Assembly (NCBI RefSeq): GCF_030144855.1
Contig: NW_026779226.1
Coordinates: forward strand, 62,001 to 126,000
DNA: 64,000 nucleotides
Direction: 5' to 3'
From: Hypanus sabinus
Taxonomy: Eukaryota
The translations under genes were made by a program, and so were the position numbers. Below the pieces are notes generated by a model. That model was not told the DNA's origin. It did no database searches and was given only the letters and a program-made list of their open reading frames with translations. Every line of letters starts with the position of its first letter. The stretch's first letter is position 1. Shown piece after piece: positions 50,130-62,527 of this stretch.

Positions 50130-50440
50130 CAGTTTGTGTGTGTGTTGATTCGGATGGACGGCATCTGGAGACTTCCGCGTCTTTAGCGGGTAGTAAACTC
50201 CGCCATCATTGACAGTAGCCCGCCCAGCACAGAGCACATCTTCACCAGGCGATCCCTCAGTAAGGCAGCATCAATCATTGTCGAGCTCCACCACCCAGTA
50301 CATGCCCTCTTCTCATTACTACCATCAAGGGGGAAGTGCGGGAGACCGGGGACCCACACTCAACGATTCAGAAACAGCTTCTTCCCCTCCGCCATCAGAT
50401 TTCTGATCGGAACACGAACCCATGAACACCACCACGGTGT
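50130..50440 (+). mobile_element. L2/Rex1-group LINE 3' fragment shared by both V-pair units (copy at ~60650-60960)
   Basis: LSKAASII...HHP.HALFSLLPS.G....THTQRF..SFFPSAIRFL in an identical position in both units. Confidence 0.75.
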
Positions 50441-50475
50441 TTTATTTCCTCTCTGTTTGTCCCAAAATGTTTGTT

Positions 50476-50479
<4 letters not shown>

Positions 50480-50525
<46 letters not shown>
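50480..50525. repeat. (GT)n microsatellite
   Basis: Direct inspection. Confidence 0.95.
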
Positions 50526-50526
<1 letters not shown>

Positions 50527-50801
50527 TACAATCTGTCTGCTTAATTGTACATCTGATTGTTTAACTATATATTAATTCCCGTATTAGTCTATTTATTTAT
50601 CTGCTATTTATCGTCTAAGCAGTCGTTTATTTATTAATTTATTAGTGTATTTATTTACATTTACTGTAATTGATAATATATTTGATCTATTGAACCGGAC
50701 TGCTGTCGAAGTTACAATAAATTTTACCACATATATCATTCATGATAAACCGTATTTCCGCCATTCCTCGCCTTGTGATTGGCGGCCTGGTGGCCTGGAG
50801 A

Positions 50802-50815
50802 CCAGGAGGGGGCGC
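50802..50815 (+). promoter_or_regulatory. CTCF-binding motif (unit 1); a second match CCAGCAGAGGGCGA lies at 51227-51240
   Basis: CCAGGAGGGGGCGC versus the consensus CCASYAGRKGGCRS. Confidence 0.55.
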
Positions 50816-52239
50816 TGCAGGAGTAGCTGATCGTGACGAACTCAGAAAGGGGAGCCATCTGGAGCGTGGAATGAGCGGAGAAGATCTGTAAATGCAGGTC
50901 AATATAGTTCGACTCCGGCTGGATTTCCAACCTTTTCACTTATGTCATGGACAGATTTCATGAAGCGGGGGATCGGTGGTCTCGGTCTACGGTTAATATT
51001 GCTGATTAAGGACGTGTAGGCTGAATTTGTGGGCTCTGGTCCAGCGGCAAAACTGGTCGGTCATTCCGGAATTCCGGAGTTTGAGATCAGGAGTTGAAAC
51101 GTGGACGGGAGGGCATTGAAAACATGAAATTTGTGTTGGTGAGTCGGCCATGTGTCTGTCCCGTCCTGCTACTTGACATTGGTAGGGGAATACGTGGGAT
51201 AGAATTAATTTGTTTTATCCATCTGTCCAGCAGAGGGCGATATCACACCAGGCATCGGGCAATGAAGGACATCCAAGCAACACACAAAATGCTGGTGGAA
51301 CACAACAAGCCAGGCAGCATCTATAAGCAGAAGCACTGTCGACGTTTCGGGCCGAGACCCTTCGTCAGGACAAACTGAAAGGAAAAATGAAGGACACGCA
51401 CGGCTTCTCAAAGAGGATTTCATCTTGGTCCCTCTCCAGTGGGTAACTGTCTCTCTGCATATTCTGCCCTTCTATCAAAACCAAGACAACAGTCCAGGAA
51501 AGTCGACAAATCTCGTTGAAATCATAGATTCACACAGATATAAAGCAGTGCCCCAGGTGATTGGTATAGATCTCTCAGGACCCTCACCACCCGGAATATT
51601 TCCGCTTCTCCTTCCGACCAGCGCAGCGGAGGCACAGGATCCGGAAGAGGGAAAGATCCTTGACCAAGTTCTTCCCCAGCGTCATCAGATGTCTGAAAGG
51701 TCTGTAATCCCATAAACGCCACTTTGCTATTCCGCTCGCTTTATACACCACTTGTACAGTTTCTATCGTAACTGACATCGAGGGGGAAGTGGAACAGTGG
51801 GTAAATACGGTTACAGGAAACGCGAGGTTCGGTTGTGCTGTGGGAAGTGCATGAGGTTGTCGTTGCTTACAACGGGTCTTTGGTAGGATGCAGAACCGGA
51901 CAGAGGAGAGTCCGATGGAGTTCAACCAACCAAGACAGAGGAAGGGTGCGGAAGCCCTGTCACAACCAGGACTCGGCTGCGCAACAGATTCGATAATTGT
52001 GTTCGTGGTTATGTATGTGTCAGATAACGATTTCATGACGGCGGTATTTAACTCCCTGCTTACCGCTGCAGCGTTTGCCGATACTCGAGCAAAGCACAGG
52101 AACGCTACACTGCCGGCTTGCATTCGGCCTTCCCCGAGAACAGTGGACTGACTGGGAGAACGAGCGGTACTCGGTTTACGTTTAGATATTCCGTTCAGAC
52201 GCGGTGTTTGTATCTCGGTTCAAGTCTGAGAGTTTTAGT

Positions 52240-53140
52240 TATAGAACATAGAACAGTACAGCACAGAAACAGGACTTCTGGCCCACATTGTTGTGCTTAA
52301 CCAAACAAACTAATATTCCAGTGAGCAACTAAACAAATCCTTTGTGCCTGCACAATGCCCATATCTCTGACTTTTCACCAATCATGTGCCTTATCTAAAC
52401 AACTGTGTAAAGTTCCTAATGTGTCATCCTCTGCCACCACCCGGCAGCAAATTCCAGGCACCCACCACTCTCTGTAAAAAAACACTTTTCTCTTTCATCT
52501 CCTTTGATATTACCCCCTCTCACCACAAATGCATTCTGTCAGGTATTAGGCATTTCAACTCTGGTACAAAGGTACTGTCTGTCTGCTCAATGCCTCTCGT
52601 AATCATATAAACCTCTATCTGAATTCCCCTTGGTAACCCTGGAGAAAATTACCTGTGTTTGTCCAATCTCATGCCCTCTAATCCATGCAGCATCCTGGTG
52701 AAGTGCGACCCCCAAAGGCCTCAACAAACTATATGCAATACTACAGATGCGATCTAACTGGTGTTTTATAAAGCTGCAACATAACTTCCTGACCTTTGGT
52801 CTCAGGCCATACGCCTTCGTAACAGCCTATGTAGCCACTTTCAGGGAGCTGTGAGATTGGCCCCAACAATCCTTCTGCTCATCAACACTGTAATGGTATT
52901 GCCCTAAAGAGTACAATCTCCTTACATTTGACACTTTAAGGCTGAACTCCATCGGCCATTTCTCTGCCCATATCTGTAGCTGATCGATATCCCATTGTGT
53001 TTCTTTGCCAGTCCTACACTAATGACATCAGCACCGACCTTCATATCATCTGCAAACTTACTAAACCACCCATCCACATTTTCAGCCAGTTCGTTTATAT
53101 AGAAACATCGAAAAGCTTATACAGAAACTTAGAAAAACAT
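52240..53140 (-). mobile_element. CR1 LINE 3' fragment present only in unit 1
   Basis: CR1 motifs and (ctatgtt)n tail; its flanks are contiguous in unit 2 (~61955-61970). Confidence 0.75.
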
Positions 53141-53639
53141 AGATAATAGCTCTGTTTGGCCTAGCGTTTTTTTCTTTTCTGTTCTGCCCTTAAAATACTT
53201 TTCGCATTAAAGCAGCACCTGTCTCTTTCAATCACTCGGTCTCTCCACCCTCCCCTCCCTCGCCACCTCTCTCTCACCGTCTCTCCCTCTCTGTCCCTTG
53301 CTCTCTCTGTACCACTCTCTCTCCTCTCTCCTACATCCCCTCTCTCACCACCTCTCTCCCTGTCTCTCTCTCTCCTTCTCTCTCTCTCTCTCTCTCACGC
53401 ACTTTCTCTCTCTTTCTCTCCCTCCTTTTCCCCCTGAAATACCCTTCAGACCATTATTTCGTCGTCCCTTCCGTATGGACTATGATAAACCGCCTTGAAC
53501 CTACCCACAGAAGTCCTCGGCCGAACTCAGACTCTGCTGAGTCCACAGCCAGTGAGGCCGAGCGCAGCCGCACCATGTACTCCGCTCCGCACCCCCCCCC
53601 CCACCCACGACCCTGTCCTTCAGAATGGGTGGAGAAAAT

Positions 53640-53700
53640 CAGCCAATAGCAACGTGAAGACATGCGTCCATCAGGGTGGAAAGGGCGGTGCCACCTTTCC
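53640..53700 (+). promoter_or_regulatory. Putative V2 promoter (CCAAT + GC box); copy at ~62408-62460 for V4
   Basis: tcagccaatagc and gggcgg, 70-120 bp upstream of the leader ATG in both copies. Confidence 0.5.
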
Positions 53701-53759
53701 TCACACACTTCATTCTCGAAAGCGTCTCCAAATCGTGAAGAGAAACCTTGGAGTGAAGT

Positions 53760-54977
53760 ATGCTGCTGTTGATTGAGTTGATAATCTGGATTCATGGTAA
53801 AAAGCCGACATTATGTAATAATTAAACAACCCTCTCAACCTATTCCGTACCTTTTCATTCCATCTCCCCCCTCATCTTTTCACCGCCCGTTCTTTATGCC
53901 ATTTCGATTTTCTATCAATTGCTTCATTTTTCCTTCTGGCATTTCAATCACCGAATATTTTTTTATTCTTTTCTTCCCGTCGTTATCCACCACGTATTAA
54001 TTCCTTTCCATTCTCTGTCTGTCACCCTCTGCCCCGTTCCCCCCTCCCTTTCTCCCTTACTCCTCTTCTCTTTCTCTCTTATTTTCGCGTTCTCTCTGCC
54101 ATTATTTCTATCTCTCTATCATCCGTTTGACCTGTTCTCCCTTATTCTCCAACTCTCTTTCTCTCTTGCACTGGCACTCTGTTTTTGTCCATTTCCCACT
54201 GCAGATCACCTTTCAAATTTATCTGTATCTCTCACATTCTCGTTCTCTTTCTCTCNNNNNNNNNNNNNNNNNNNNNNNNNNNNNNNNNNNNNNNNNNNNN
54301 NNNNNNNNNNNNNNNNNNNNNNNNNNNNNNNNNNNNNNNNNNNNNNNNNNNNNNNNNNNNNNNNNNNNNNNNNNNNNNNNNNNNNNNNNNNNNNNNNNNN
54401 NNNNNNNNNNNNNNNNNNNNNNNNNNNNNNNNNNNNNNNNNNNNNNNCTTATCAGTCTATCCATCGTATTGGCTGCCTTCTGGACCCAGTGCTATTGTTT
54501 CTCAAATCTCCAACCGTGTTTCAATTTACTGACCTTTCCCGATCAGTCACTTCTGCTCCTCGCCTATTCTGCCTCTCTACGCGGCCCGTCTAACCCCACA
54601 CACCACCCGCTCGCCGTCCCGAATCTCCTCCGCTCCTGCAGATTATTGACCTTGCCCTTCTCCCCGTCTCACTTCCAGGAGAGCGCCCGCAGGACATCGT
54701 CCAGACTCCTCCGGCCCTCACCAAGCTTCCTGGGGAGAGTGTGGCTCTGAGGAGCCTCAGAAAGGGCAGCAGCAGCAGTAACAACTTCTACTGGTACAGA
54801 CGATACCCCGGGAAGGAGATTCACAACCTCTTTTACTACGTGGGCGTCAACACCGTTTATCCTCAGGGGTCGGTGGACGGATTCACCGCCCGGAGACCGG
54901 ACGCCGAGACGTTCCTGCTGAGCTCTCCCGGCGCGCTGCCCAACCATTCGGCCGTCTACTTCTGCGGATGGAGTTCT
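53760..54977 (+). pseudogene. TRBV: TCR beta-type V segment V2 (open frame, 1st-CYS lost): leader 53760-53796, V exon 54679-54977
   Basis: Leader MLLLIELIIWIH G|GTAAAA; acceptor cacttccag|GA. Frame open with YWYRR and YFCGWSS, but AGC (Ser) at 54753-54755 where V4 has TGC (Cys). Confidence 0.85.
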
Positions 54978-55016
54978 CACAGTGACTCAGAGACACACTG
55001 GCGCCGAACAAAAACC
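54978..55016 (+). other. 23-RSS of V2 (perfect consensus)
   Basis: CACAGTG-23 bp-ACAAAAACC. Confidence 0.97.
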
Positions 55017-55119
55017 TTCTAACGTCACAGGAAGCAGCTGGCGGGGGGGCTGGCCAGGTGCAAGCATAGACTGTCATCGTGGAAAACACGCAATCCTGTT
55101 TCTGACGTCACAGGTCGGT

Positions 55120-55488
55120 GACTTTAAATAAGTTTCGGGAGCAGGAGGACGACGTGGAGTATCCGCATCGGTATCGAAACTGGAAGGCAAACCAACACCC
55201 TATCTCTCTCCCTCTCCAACTCTGCTCAAATCAAATTCCAGAACTGAACTGATTACTTACCATCCCACCGGAAGACTGTATCACCCAATCACCTGAGCTG
55301 CGGAAGGCTGAGAACCCTATACTCTCACCTATATATGTGCATATACACTGCTAACCTGTTTACTTTATCTTGTTTTTTATTACTTTATTCACGTAATAAC
55401 TAATAAAATAGAGTTTATAACAGAAGATTCAGTCTCCAGGTGTGTCCATTTCCGTTGGTTCTTTTTAACCCGTTATGGGGTACGTAAC
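55120..55488 (+). mobile_element. LTR-like element just downstream of the V2 RSS
   Basis: AATAAA and terminal ...GTAACA; 5' boundary unclear. Confidence 0.4.
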
Positions 55489-57949
55489 AAGATCCCAACT
55501 AACTGTGAATCCAATTTCAATGAATTTCCTGTCTCTCTTCCCGGTCGCCCTGTCCTACTGGACTCCTCAGTGCCCGACCGCTCACAGTTCGACTCTTACC
55601 CTGGTTTGCCTTCCCAAAGTGCAAAGCCTCCATTACGTTCCACCTGCCATTGATCCGTCCGTTTCCCCAGCCGGTCCAGGTCGTGATGCCAGTTTTAACA
55701 GCCCACCTCTCCAGCCACTGCGCCCCCGATCCTGGCGTCGCACTCAAAATTCCAGATCCCATTTAGCGAGCAGTTCTGGGACCTGTATCCAAGAAAGTAA
55801 GTCCCAGTTTTGGAGCGGCTCCGAATAGGTTTCGTGAGAATGAACCCGGGTACCATAGGGTTAACATATGGGGAGAGTTTGGTGCCTCTGGATCTGTGCT
55901 GGGTGGAGCTTTGACGAATGCAGGCGGATCTCATTAAAACCATTCCGATATTGAACAGTCTGAATAAGATGGATGAGGAGTCAATGATTCCCAGAGTGAC
56001 CAGAGGCCACGACTTCAGAATGAAGAGGCGTCCATTCAGAACAGGCAGGAGGAAAGATCTCCTTAGCCAAACGATAATGAATCTGTAGATACCCCGCCAC
56101 GGACGGGGGAGTGGCAGAACAAGTCATTGGGTATACTTAAGGGGGAAGTTGAGCTGTTCTTAATTAATCAGGGTGACTCAGGCATGAGGTTCAGAGGGAT
56201 AATAGATCAGACTTTATGGAATGGCGGGGCAGACGTGAAAGACCGAATAGCTGATGGTCTATGCGTCTATTTTCCTGCAGCAGCCGGGTTGACCTATTGA
56301 TTTTCAAAAAGATCAAGGTAGGGTGTCGGCTGTCACTCACCAAGGGAACAGGACCGCCCCCTTCAAGGGAACCGTGGGGGGGGGGGGGTGTAACTTGCAT
56401 CGGGTTGGAAAACAGGGTCACCCCGTAACTCGATGTTCGTCCTCTCGCAGTTTGGAAGTTATCAGAGATAATCTTCTGCACAGCACTGTCTCGACGCGCC
56501 TTTATCTGAGTTCAGGTCGCATTCGTGTCAGCTTGAAACCAGTTGGGATATTCTCATCTGACAAGGGAACAGACGGCAGCTCAGTGAATATTCTTTGTGT
56601 TTCACACCATTCCGTGTAAATTCCAGAGCCCCCTGTGCATACAAGTCCTCAAAGATCATGAGCTTTTGCGGTGGCCAGACCGAGCCCTCAGGCAGCGACA
56701 ATCATTTTACACTGAATCTATTTTCTTTTTTTGTGATTTTGTTATTATTTGTTTAGCGCCACGATGTAGAATAGCCCCTCAGTGCCACGCAGCCCCTGAA
56801 ATCCACAACCACCACCTCCCCCATTATCCGAGGCGAACATAAGCAATTAACCGACCCGGCACGTCTTTTGATTGAGTTTGGAAACGGAAGATACCGGGAG
56901 GAAACTCATACAGTCTCACTGCCGGAATTGAACGTCGCACTGTCCCCTAACCGTGGCGCCCAAGGCTGAAATCCTGTTCATGGATCCGCCTCTTCGGTGC
57001 TGTTTCCACTTTGAGACGGCCAGATCACTTGGTTTTCTCTGAGATGACGCAACTTTAATCTGACTGTTGTTTAATGTCTTTTTTACCCCGTGAATATGAT
57101 GCGTTAACATCAACGCTCTTGCAGCCAACCATTTATGTCTGCCCTACTGCCGGAGTTCACCACACACAACGGTGTTAGCAAGTTTGCACTGCGAGGTAGA
57201 ATAGACTGTACTTGATTTGTCCACGAGGGATGGTGAAGATGGTAAAAGAGAAAGAGAGAGACAGATCACGAAGTAAGAACGATCTGAGCTACCGAGTGGG
57301 ATAAAACTAGCAATCTCAGGAATTGGAAAGAAGAGCGTCAGGGTCACTTGGGAATTGGCGACAACTCAAGGAGGAATTCATTTATCAAATCCGTCACCGG
57401 TACCGAGCGGTGAGCAAGCATAAGGAGCCCCACGCCTTCGAAACAACCTCACGCCCATGCGCATTCTCCAGAGATCATTGAACGACGGCGAGCCAATCAG
57501 ATCCCGCGTTCGTTGACATTGTTGGCACTTGGCCACAGCCCACTTCCTGCGTCGATTGGGTGGGGGCTGGACTCCGAGCTCATCTAGCTCACCAACTCTC
57601 CCTGTCCACATTGCTCCCCGGGGCCATTTTGGATTTCTCCCATCTCACAGTGAACCGAGGCGCTGTAAGGTTTTATTCCCTTCGCATTCACGGTCCCTGT
57701 GCATCTGGCGATTGTTCCTTGTCCACGCGGCTTTCGACTTGTCCCTATCGAGTTTCTGTTGCAGCAGTGTCTCGAGTTCGATCCCACCACCACCTCTCAA
57801 TTAACCCAGTCCCTCGAGTCCTGCCTTATTTCTGATCAAACAGCCTTGTAATTGTCTCAGCCTAATAATGACGTATTTCCTGTTACAGGATAGCCGGAAG
57901 TGCACAGAAGACTCAAGGTGCAAGATCACCAAATTCTGGTACCACTGCA

Positions 57950-58600
57950 ACTCAGCGTGTCAAAAGAGCCGGTCTCTGTCTCCGTGAACTGTATCCTTGT
58001 TGCTGCCTCAATACCCTCCTCCGGCAGGTCCTTCCACACACGGACCACTCTGTCGGAGAAAAGCTGCCTCGGCTCCACTACTAAAGCCCTTCCCCATCTC
58101 AAAACCGTGCTCTCTCGTTGTTGATTTACCCCCCGCCCCACCCCCACCTGGTAAACGGACTGAGTGCGCATTCACCCTATCTGTGACCCACCTAGTTTTA
58201 TATACCTCTGTAAGTTCACCCCGGCCCGGTCTTTCTCCATAACTTTCTCGTAAATCTCCCTCCGGACTCTCGCCATCTCAGTGGCATCTTTCCCAACGGC
58301 AAGGTGATCAACCATGGACGCCGTAGTCCAAGTGCGGCCTCGCCGTCATCTTGTACAACTGCCACGTGACCTCCCGACTCCCGTACTCGGTGTCCTGACT
58401 GACGAGGGCCTGCCTGTCAAGCGCCTTCTTCACCGCCCCGTCTACCTGTGGATCCTCCTTCCTCGAACCGTTCACCCGTATCACATGGACCATCCGTTCT
58501 GCAACACCTCCCAGGGTGTCTGGCGTTCATAATGAGAATCACATCCCGTTTTAAGCTACCAATAGGATTGCCCGTTTCGCCAGCCTCTGTGGTTCAGCCA
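57950..58600 (-). mobile_element. CR1 fragments; 58255-58600 is homologous to 47940-48270 (predates the unit duplication)
   Basis: RPHLDYGV/FSDRVVRVW motifs; aligns by eye with the corresponding position in unit 1. Confidence 0.65.
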
Positions 58601-59165
58601 CGCCCGAAATTCGTGTTCACTCTCTTCCAACTGTCGCAATAATTATTGGTAATGTACGAATGATTATGAATGTGTGGGAACACTAAAGGAAGCCCACAAG
58701 GTCACGACGGAAGTCACATCCCGTTTGAACATCCCAAATTCACTTCAGTCTCTTGTTTTTCCGCGCCACGGAATGGATGTTCACTCCGGTCCAACCATCT
58801 AAGTAAGGCCTTGGAATGTCCGAATGTTTGCGGATGTGTGGGCAAAGAGGGGGAAGCGCACAGTGCGAGCGCTATAACATCGTTACGTTACCCGCTGGCT
58901 CCTCGACCATAGCGCCCCGTTCTCGTCACGATACCCATGAGAGGATCCATTTCTCCAGTTCAGTCTCCCGTCATCTGACAAACAGCTCGATTGCTGTCTT
59001 TGATCCCCGCTCCTCGCGCACATCTGGAAGGATCCCTCTCTTTCTCAGTGACACCGGCCGGTTTCCTAATGATGCCTTGCACGTGTTTCTCAACAATCAT
59101 GTGCGTGTTATGTGCAGCACAGATCAATGACTCTCACAGATCACCTGCTTCCTGCCGCCGGCGAA

Positions 59166-59204
59166 GGTTTTTGTCGGGCCCCGGCGTGCCTCTGAGCCAC
59201 TGTG
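59166..59204 (-). other. 23-RSS of V3 (perfect consensus)
   Basis: Minus strand CACAGTG-gctcagaggcacgccggggcccg-ACAAAAACC. Confidence 0.97.
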
Positions 59205-60459
59205 TGGACCGCAGGCGCAGTAATAGACGGCCGACTGGTCCGGGCGCACGCTGGCCGAGCTAAGAATGAAAGTCTCTGCAACGGGTCTCCCGGCGGTGAA
59301 GCCGTCAACAGCCCCCTCCGGATTTACGACGTTGGTAAAGCCGGAATAAAATAGGTTCTGAATCTCCTTTCCCGGATATTGTCGGTACCAGTAGAGATAA
59401 TTGCTTGCGCTACCACCGTCCAGGGTGCATTTCAGCTCCACGCTCTCATCGGGAGATATGGAGAGAGCCGGCGTCTCCTGGCGAACGGACTGAGACGTCG
59501 ATCCTGGGGAACGGAACGGGAAGTGGAGAGAGGTAAGTGAATGGGAAGTGGAGCGAGGTAAGGGAACGGGAAGTGGAGAGAGGTAAGGGAACGGGAAGTG
59601 GAGAGAGGCAAGTGAATGGGAAGTGGAGAGAGATAAGTGAACGGGAAGTGGAGAGAGATCAGTGGGAGACCCGAGTATGTAGGATCAACTGTTAAACAGG
59701 AGGACGAGGTTTAGGGGAAATGGAACGACGTGATCCGTCTGAGAAAATATCGAGGATTCCGGTCAATGACAAGAAACACAACGCTTGAGGAAATACAGTA
59801 ATTAGCAATATCTGCATATTAAACAGCATAAAATATTGATGTGATAATGATTTCCACGATCTTTGACTCATTCGGTACACAAACGGCATCTCCTGGATCA
59901 CTACAGTTTAGCAACACCGCTAAACATTTTACACTGAAATTTAACATCGTCATCGGAACAATCACTTCGGCCGAACTCGTCCATCCCGACAATGTTTACA
60001 ACCCAGACCGTCCCGGTTGCCCGTGTCCGGCCAATAGCCGTGTAAACCTCTCCTGTCGACGTCCTTCTGTACTAGTAGACGATGTTTAATCTTTGTTATT
60101 ATATCCGCCTTTATTTCTGATTGCCAGTTCTAAGTAACCATTAATATCGGGTGTTCCCTTACAATCTCTCACCTCTCATCATAAACCCGTGCCGTCTCGT
60201 TATAAGCCCCCGTTCCCGTCCTGTTTTAACTCTGAGCCCTAGCGATTATCGTCGACTTTCCCGCGAATAAAATGCGAGTCGACGCAAACCTCTCCTTGTA
60301 TCTCGGACACGTTAATTCCAGCAAAATTCTGTCAAAACATCCCTGCACTCGTTCCGGTTTAACACAATGACCAAACCTGGTTACGGATTGAAGATTAATT
60401 ATTGTGTGAGATTATTTCTTACCCTGAAGCAACGGCGCCAGGACGAGAAACAGCAACAT
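59205..60459 (-). CDS. TRBV: TCR beta-type V segment V3 (intact): leader 60423-60459, V exon 59205-59503
   Basis: MLLFLVLAPLLQ-G-STSQSVRQETPALSISPDESVELKCTLDGGSASNYLYWYRQYPGKEIQNLFYS...RPVAETFILSS...AVYYCACGP. Cys/Trp/Cys intact, GT-AG intron, perfect RSS. Confidence 0.93.
59518..59663. repeat. 25-bp minisatellite (6 copies) at the 3' end of the V3 intron
   Basis: Unit gggaagtggagagaggtaagggaac; the V1 intron has one copy. Confidence 0.9.
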
Positions 60460-61520
60460 CCTCTTTCCGGGATCCTTCTCTATGTTGTGCGAGGGAGCCA
60501 GGGCGGAAGAAAGTGCGGCATCAGGACCCCGCCCCTTCCGGGCACATTGCTGACCGCGGTCACCATTCCGGAATACGGAAAATGCTGAAGAGGTGGGACA
60601 AAGCCCGAGACGTCATTTCCATATCAGCGCCCAGACCTGGTGAGTTCTGACAACAATTTGTGTGTGTATGTTTTGATTCGGATGGACTGCATCTGGAGAC
60701 TTCCGCGTCTTTCGCGGGTAGTAAACTCCGCCATCATTAACAGTAGCCCGCCCAGCACAGAGCACATCTTCAACAGGCGATCCCTCAGTAAGGCAGCATC
60801 AATCATTGTCGAGCTGCACCACCCAATACATGCCCTCTTCTCATTACTACCATCAAGGGGGAGGTGCGGGAGTCCGGGGACCCACACACAACGATTCAGC
60901 AACGGCTTCTTCACCTCCGCCATCAGATTTCTGATCGGAACACGAACCCATGAACACCACCACGGTGTTTTATTTCCTCTCNNNNNNNNNNNNNNNNNNN
61001 NNNNNNNNNNNNNNNNNNNNNNNNNNNNNNNNNNNNNNNNNNNNNNNNNNNNNNNNNNNNNNNNNNNNNNNNNNNNNNNNNNNNNNNNNNNNNNNNNNNN
61101 NNNNNNNNNNNNNNNNNNNNNNNNNNNNNNNNNNNNNNNNNNNNNNNNNNNNNNNNNNNNNNNNNNNNNNNNNNNNNNNNNNNNNNNNNNNNNNNNNNNN
61201 NNNNNNNNNNNNNNNNNNNNNNNNNNNNNNNNNNNNNNNNNNNNNNNTTTTACATCTGACAGTTTATCTGACTATTTATTAATTTACGTAATAGTCTATT
61301 TATTTATCTGCTATTTATTGTCTGCGTAGTCGTCTATTAATTAATTTATTTGTGTATTTGCATTTACTGTAATTGATGATATATTTGATCGATTGAACCG
61401 GACTGCTGTCGAAGTAACAATAAATTTTACCCCATATTCCATTGATAATAAACCGGATTCCGGGTCTGATAATTATCCGCCGCTCTTCCCCTTCAGATTC
61501 ACGGACTGGTCGCCTGGAGA

Positions 61521-61534
61521 CCAGCAGGGGGCGC
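61521..61534 (+). promoter_or_regulatory. CTCF-binding motif (unit 2)
   Basis: CCAGCAGGGGGCGC, a full consensus match, homologous to 50802. Confidence 0.65.
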
Positions 61535-62527
61535 TGTAGGAGGAGCAGAAGGTGACGGAATCAGAAAGCAAAGACATCTGGTGTGTGGAATCAGAAGAGA
61601 ACACTTGTAACTGCAAGTCGCGAGAGTTCGCCTTCGACTGGATTTCCAACCTTTTTATTTATGTCACGGAGAGATTTCCTGAAGCAAGGGTTCCGTGTTC
61701 TCTGTCCACGGTTAGTATTGCTGATAAAGGACGTCCAGGTTGATTTTGCGGGCTCGCGCCCAGTGGAAGAACTGGTCGGTCATTCCGGAACTCCGGAATT
61801 TGATACTCGAGCAAAGCACAGCAACGTTACGCTGCCGGCTTGCATTCGGCCTTCCCCGAGAACAGTGGACTGACTCTGAGGACGACTGGTACTCGGTTTA
61901 ATTTTAGATATTCCTTCCAGAAACTGTGTTCGCATCTCGTTTCATGTGTGAGAGCTTTACTTAACGGCTCTGTTTGGCCTAGCGTTATTGTTCTCTGTTT
62001 TCCCTTCAAATACTTTTGGCATTAAATCCGCGCTTTTCCCTTTCAGTCTGTGTCAATCTCCCTCTCTCCACATTCGCGCTTCCAATCCCTCTCCCTCAGT
62101 CTCTGTCTCTCTCCCTCTCAGTCTCTCGCTCTCCCTCAATCTCTCTCTCTCTCTCTGCCCTCTCTCTGTCGCTTTCTCTCCTGCCCTGTCGCCAAGAGAA
62201 ACCCTCTTTGTTTCTTTTCTTGCTGATCTGAGAAAGAAAACCCAAAATATCAATATTACTCAGCTCAAAACCGCCTTGAAATCCTCAGAGAAATTCTCGG
62301 CCGATCTCAGACTCTGCAGGGTCTGCAGCCAGTGAGGCAGAGCGCAGCCGCACCATCTACTCCGCTCCGCCCACCCCGATCCTGCCCTCAGGATAGGGTG
62401 GAGCCTATCAGCCAATAGCAGTGTGAGGACGTCCGTCCATCAGGGGGAAAGGGCGGGGCCACCTTTCCTCACTCACTTCATTCTCGAAAACGTCTCCAAA
62501 TCGTGAAGGAAACCCTTGGAGTGAAGT

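Noticed and set aside
57646-57690. Isolated CACAGTG heptamer
   Set aside because: There is no nonamer at 12 or 23 bp and no adjacent coding segment; it is at most a cryptic RSS.
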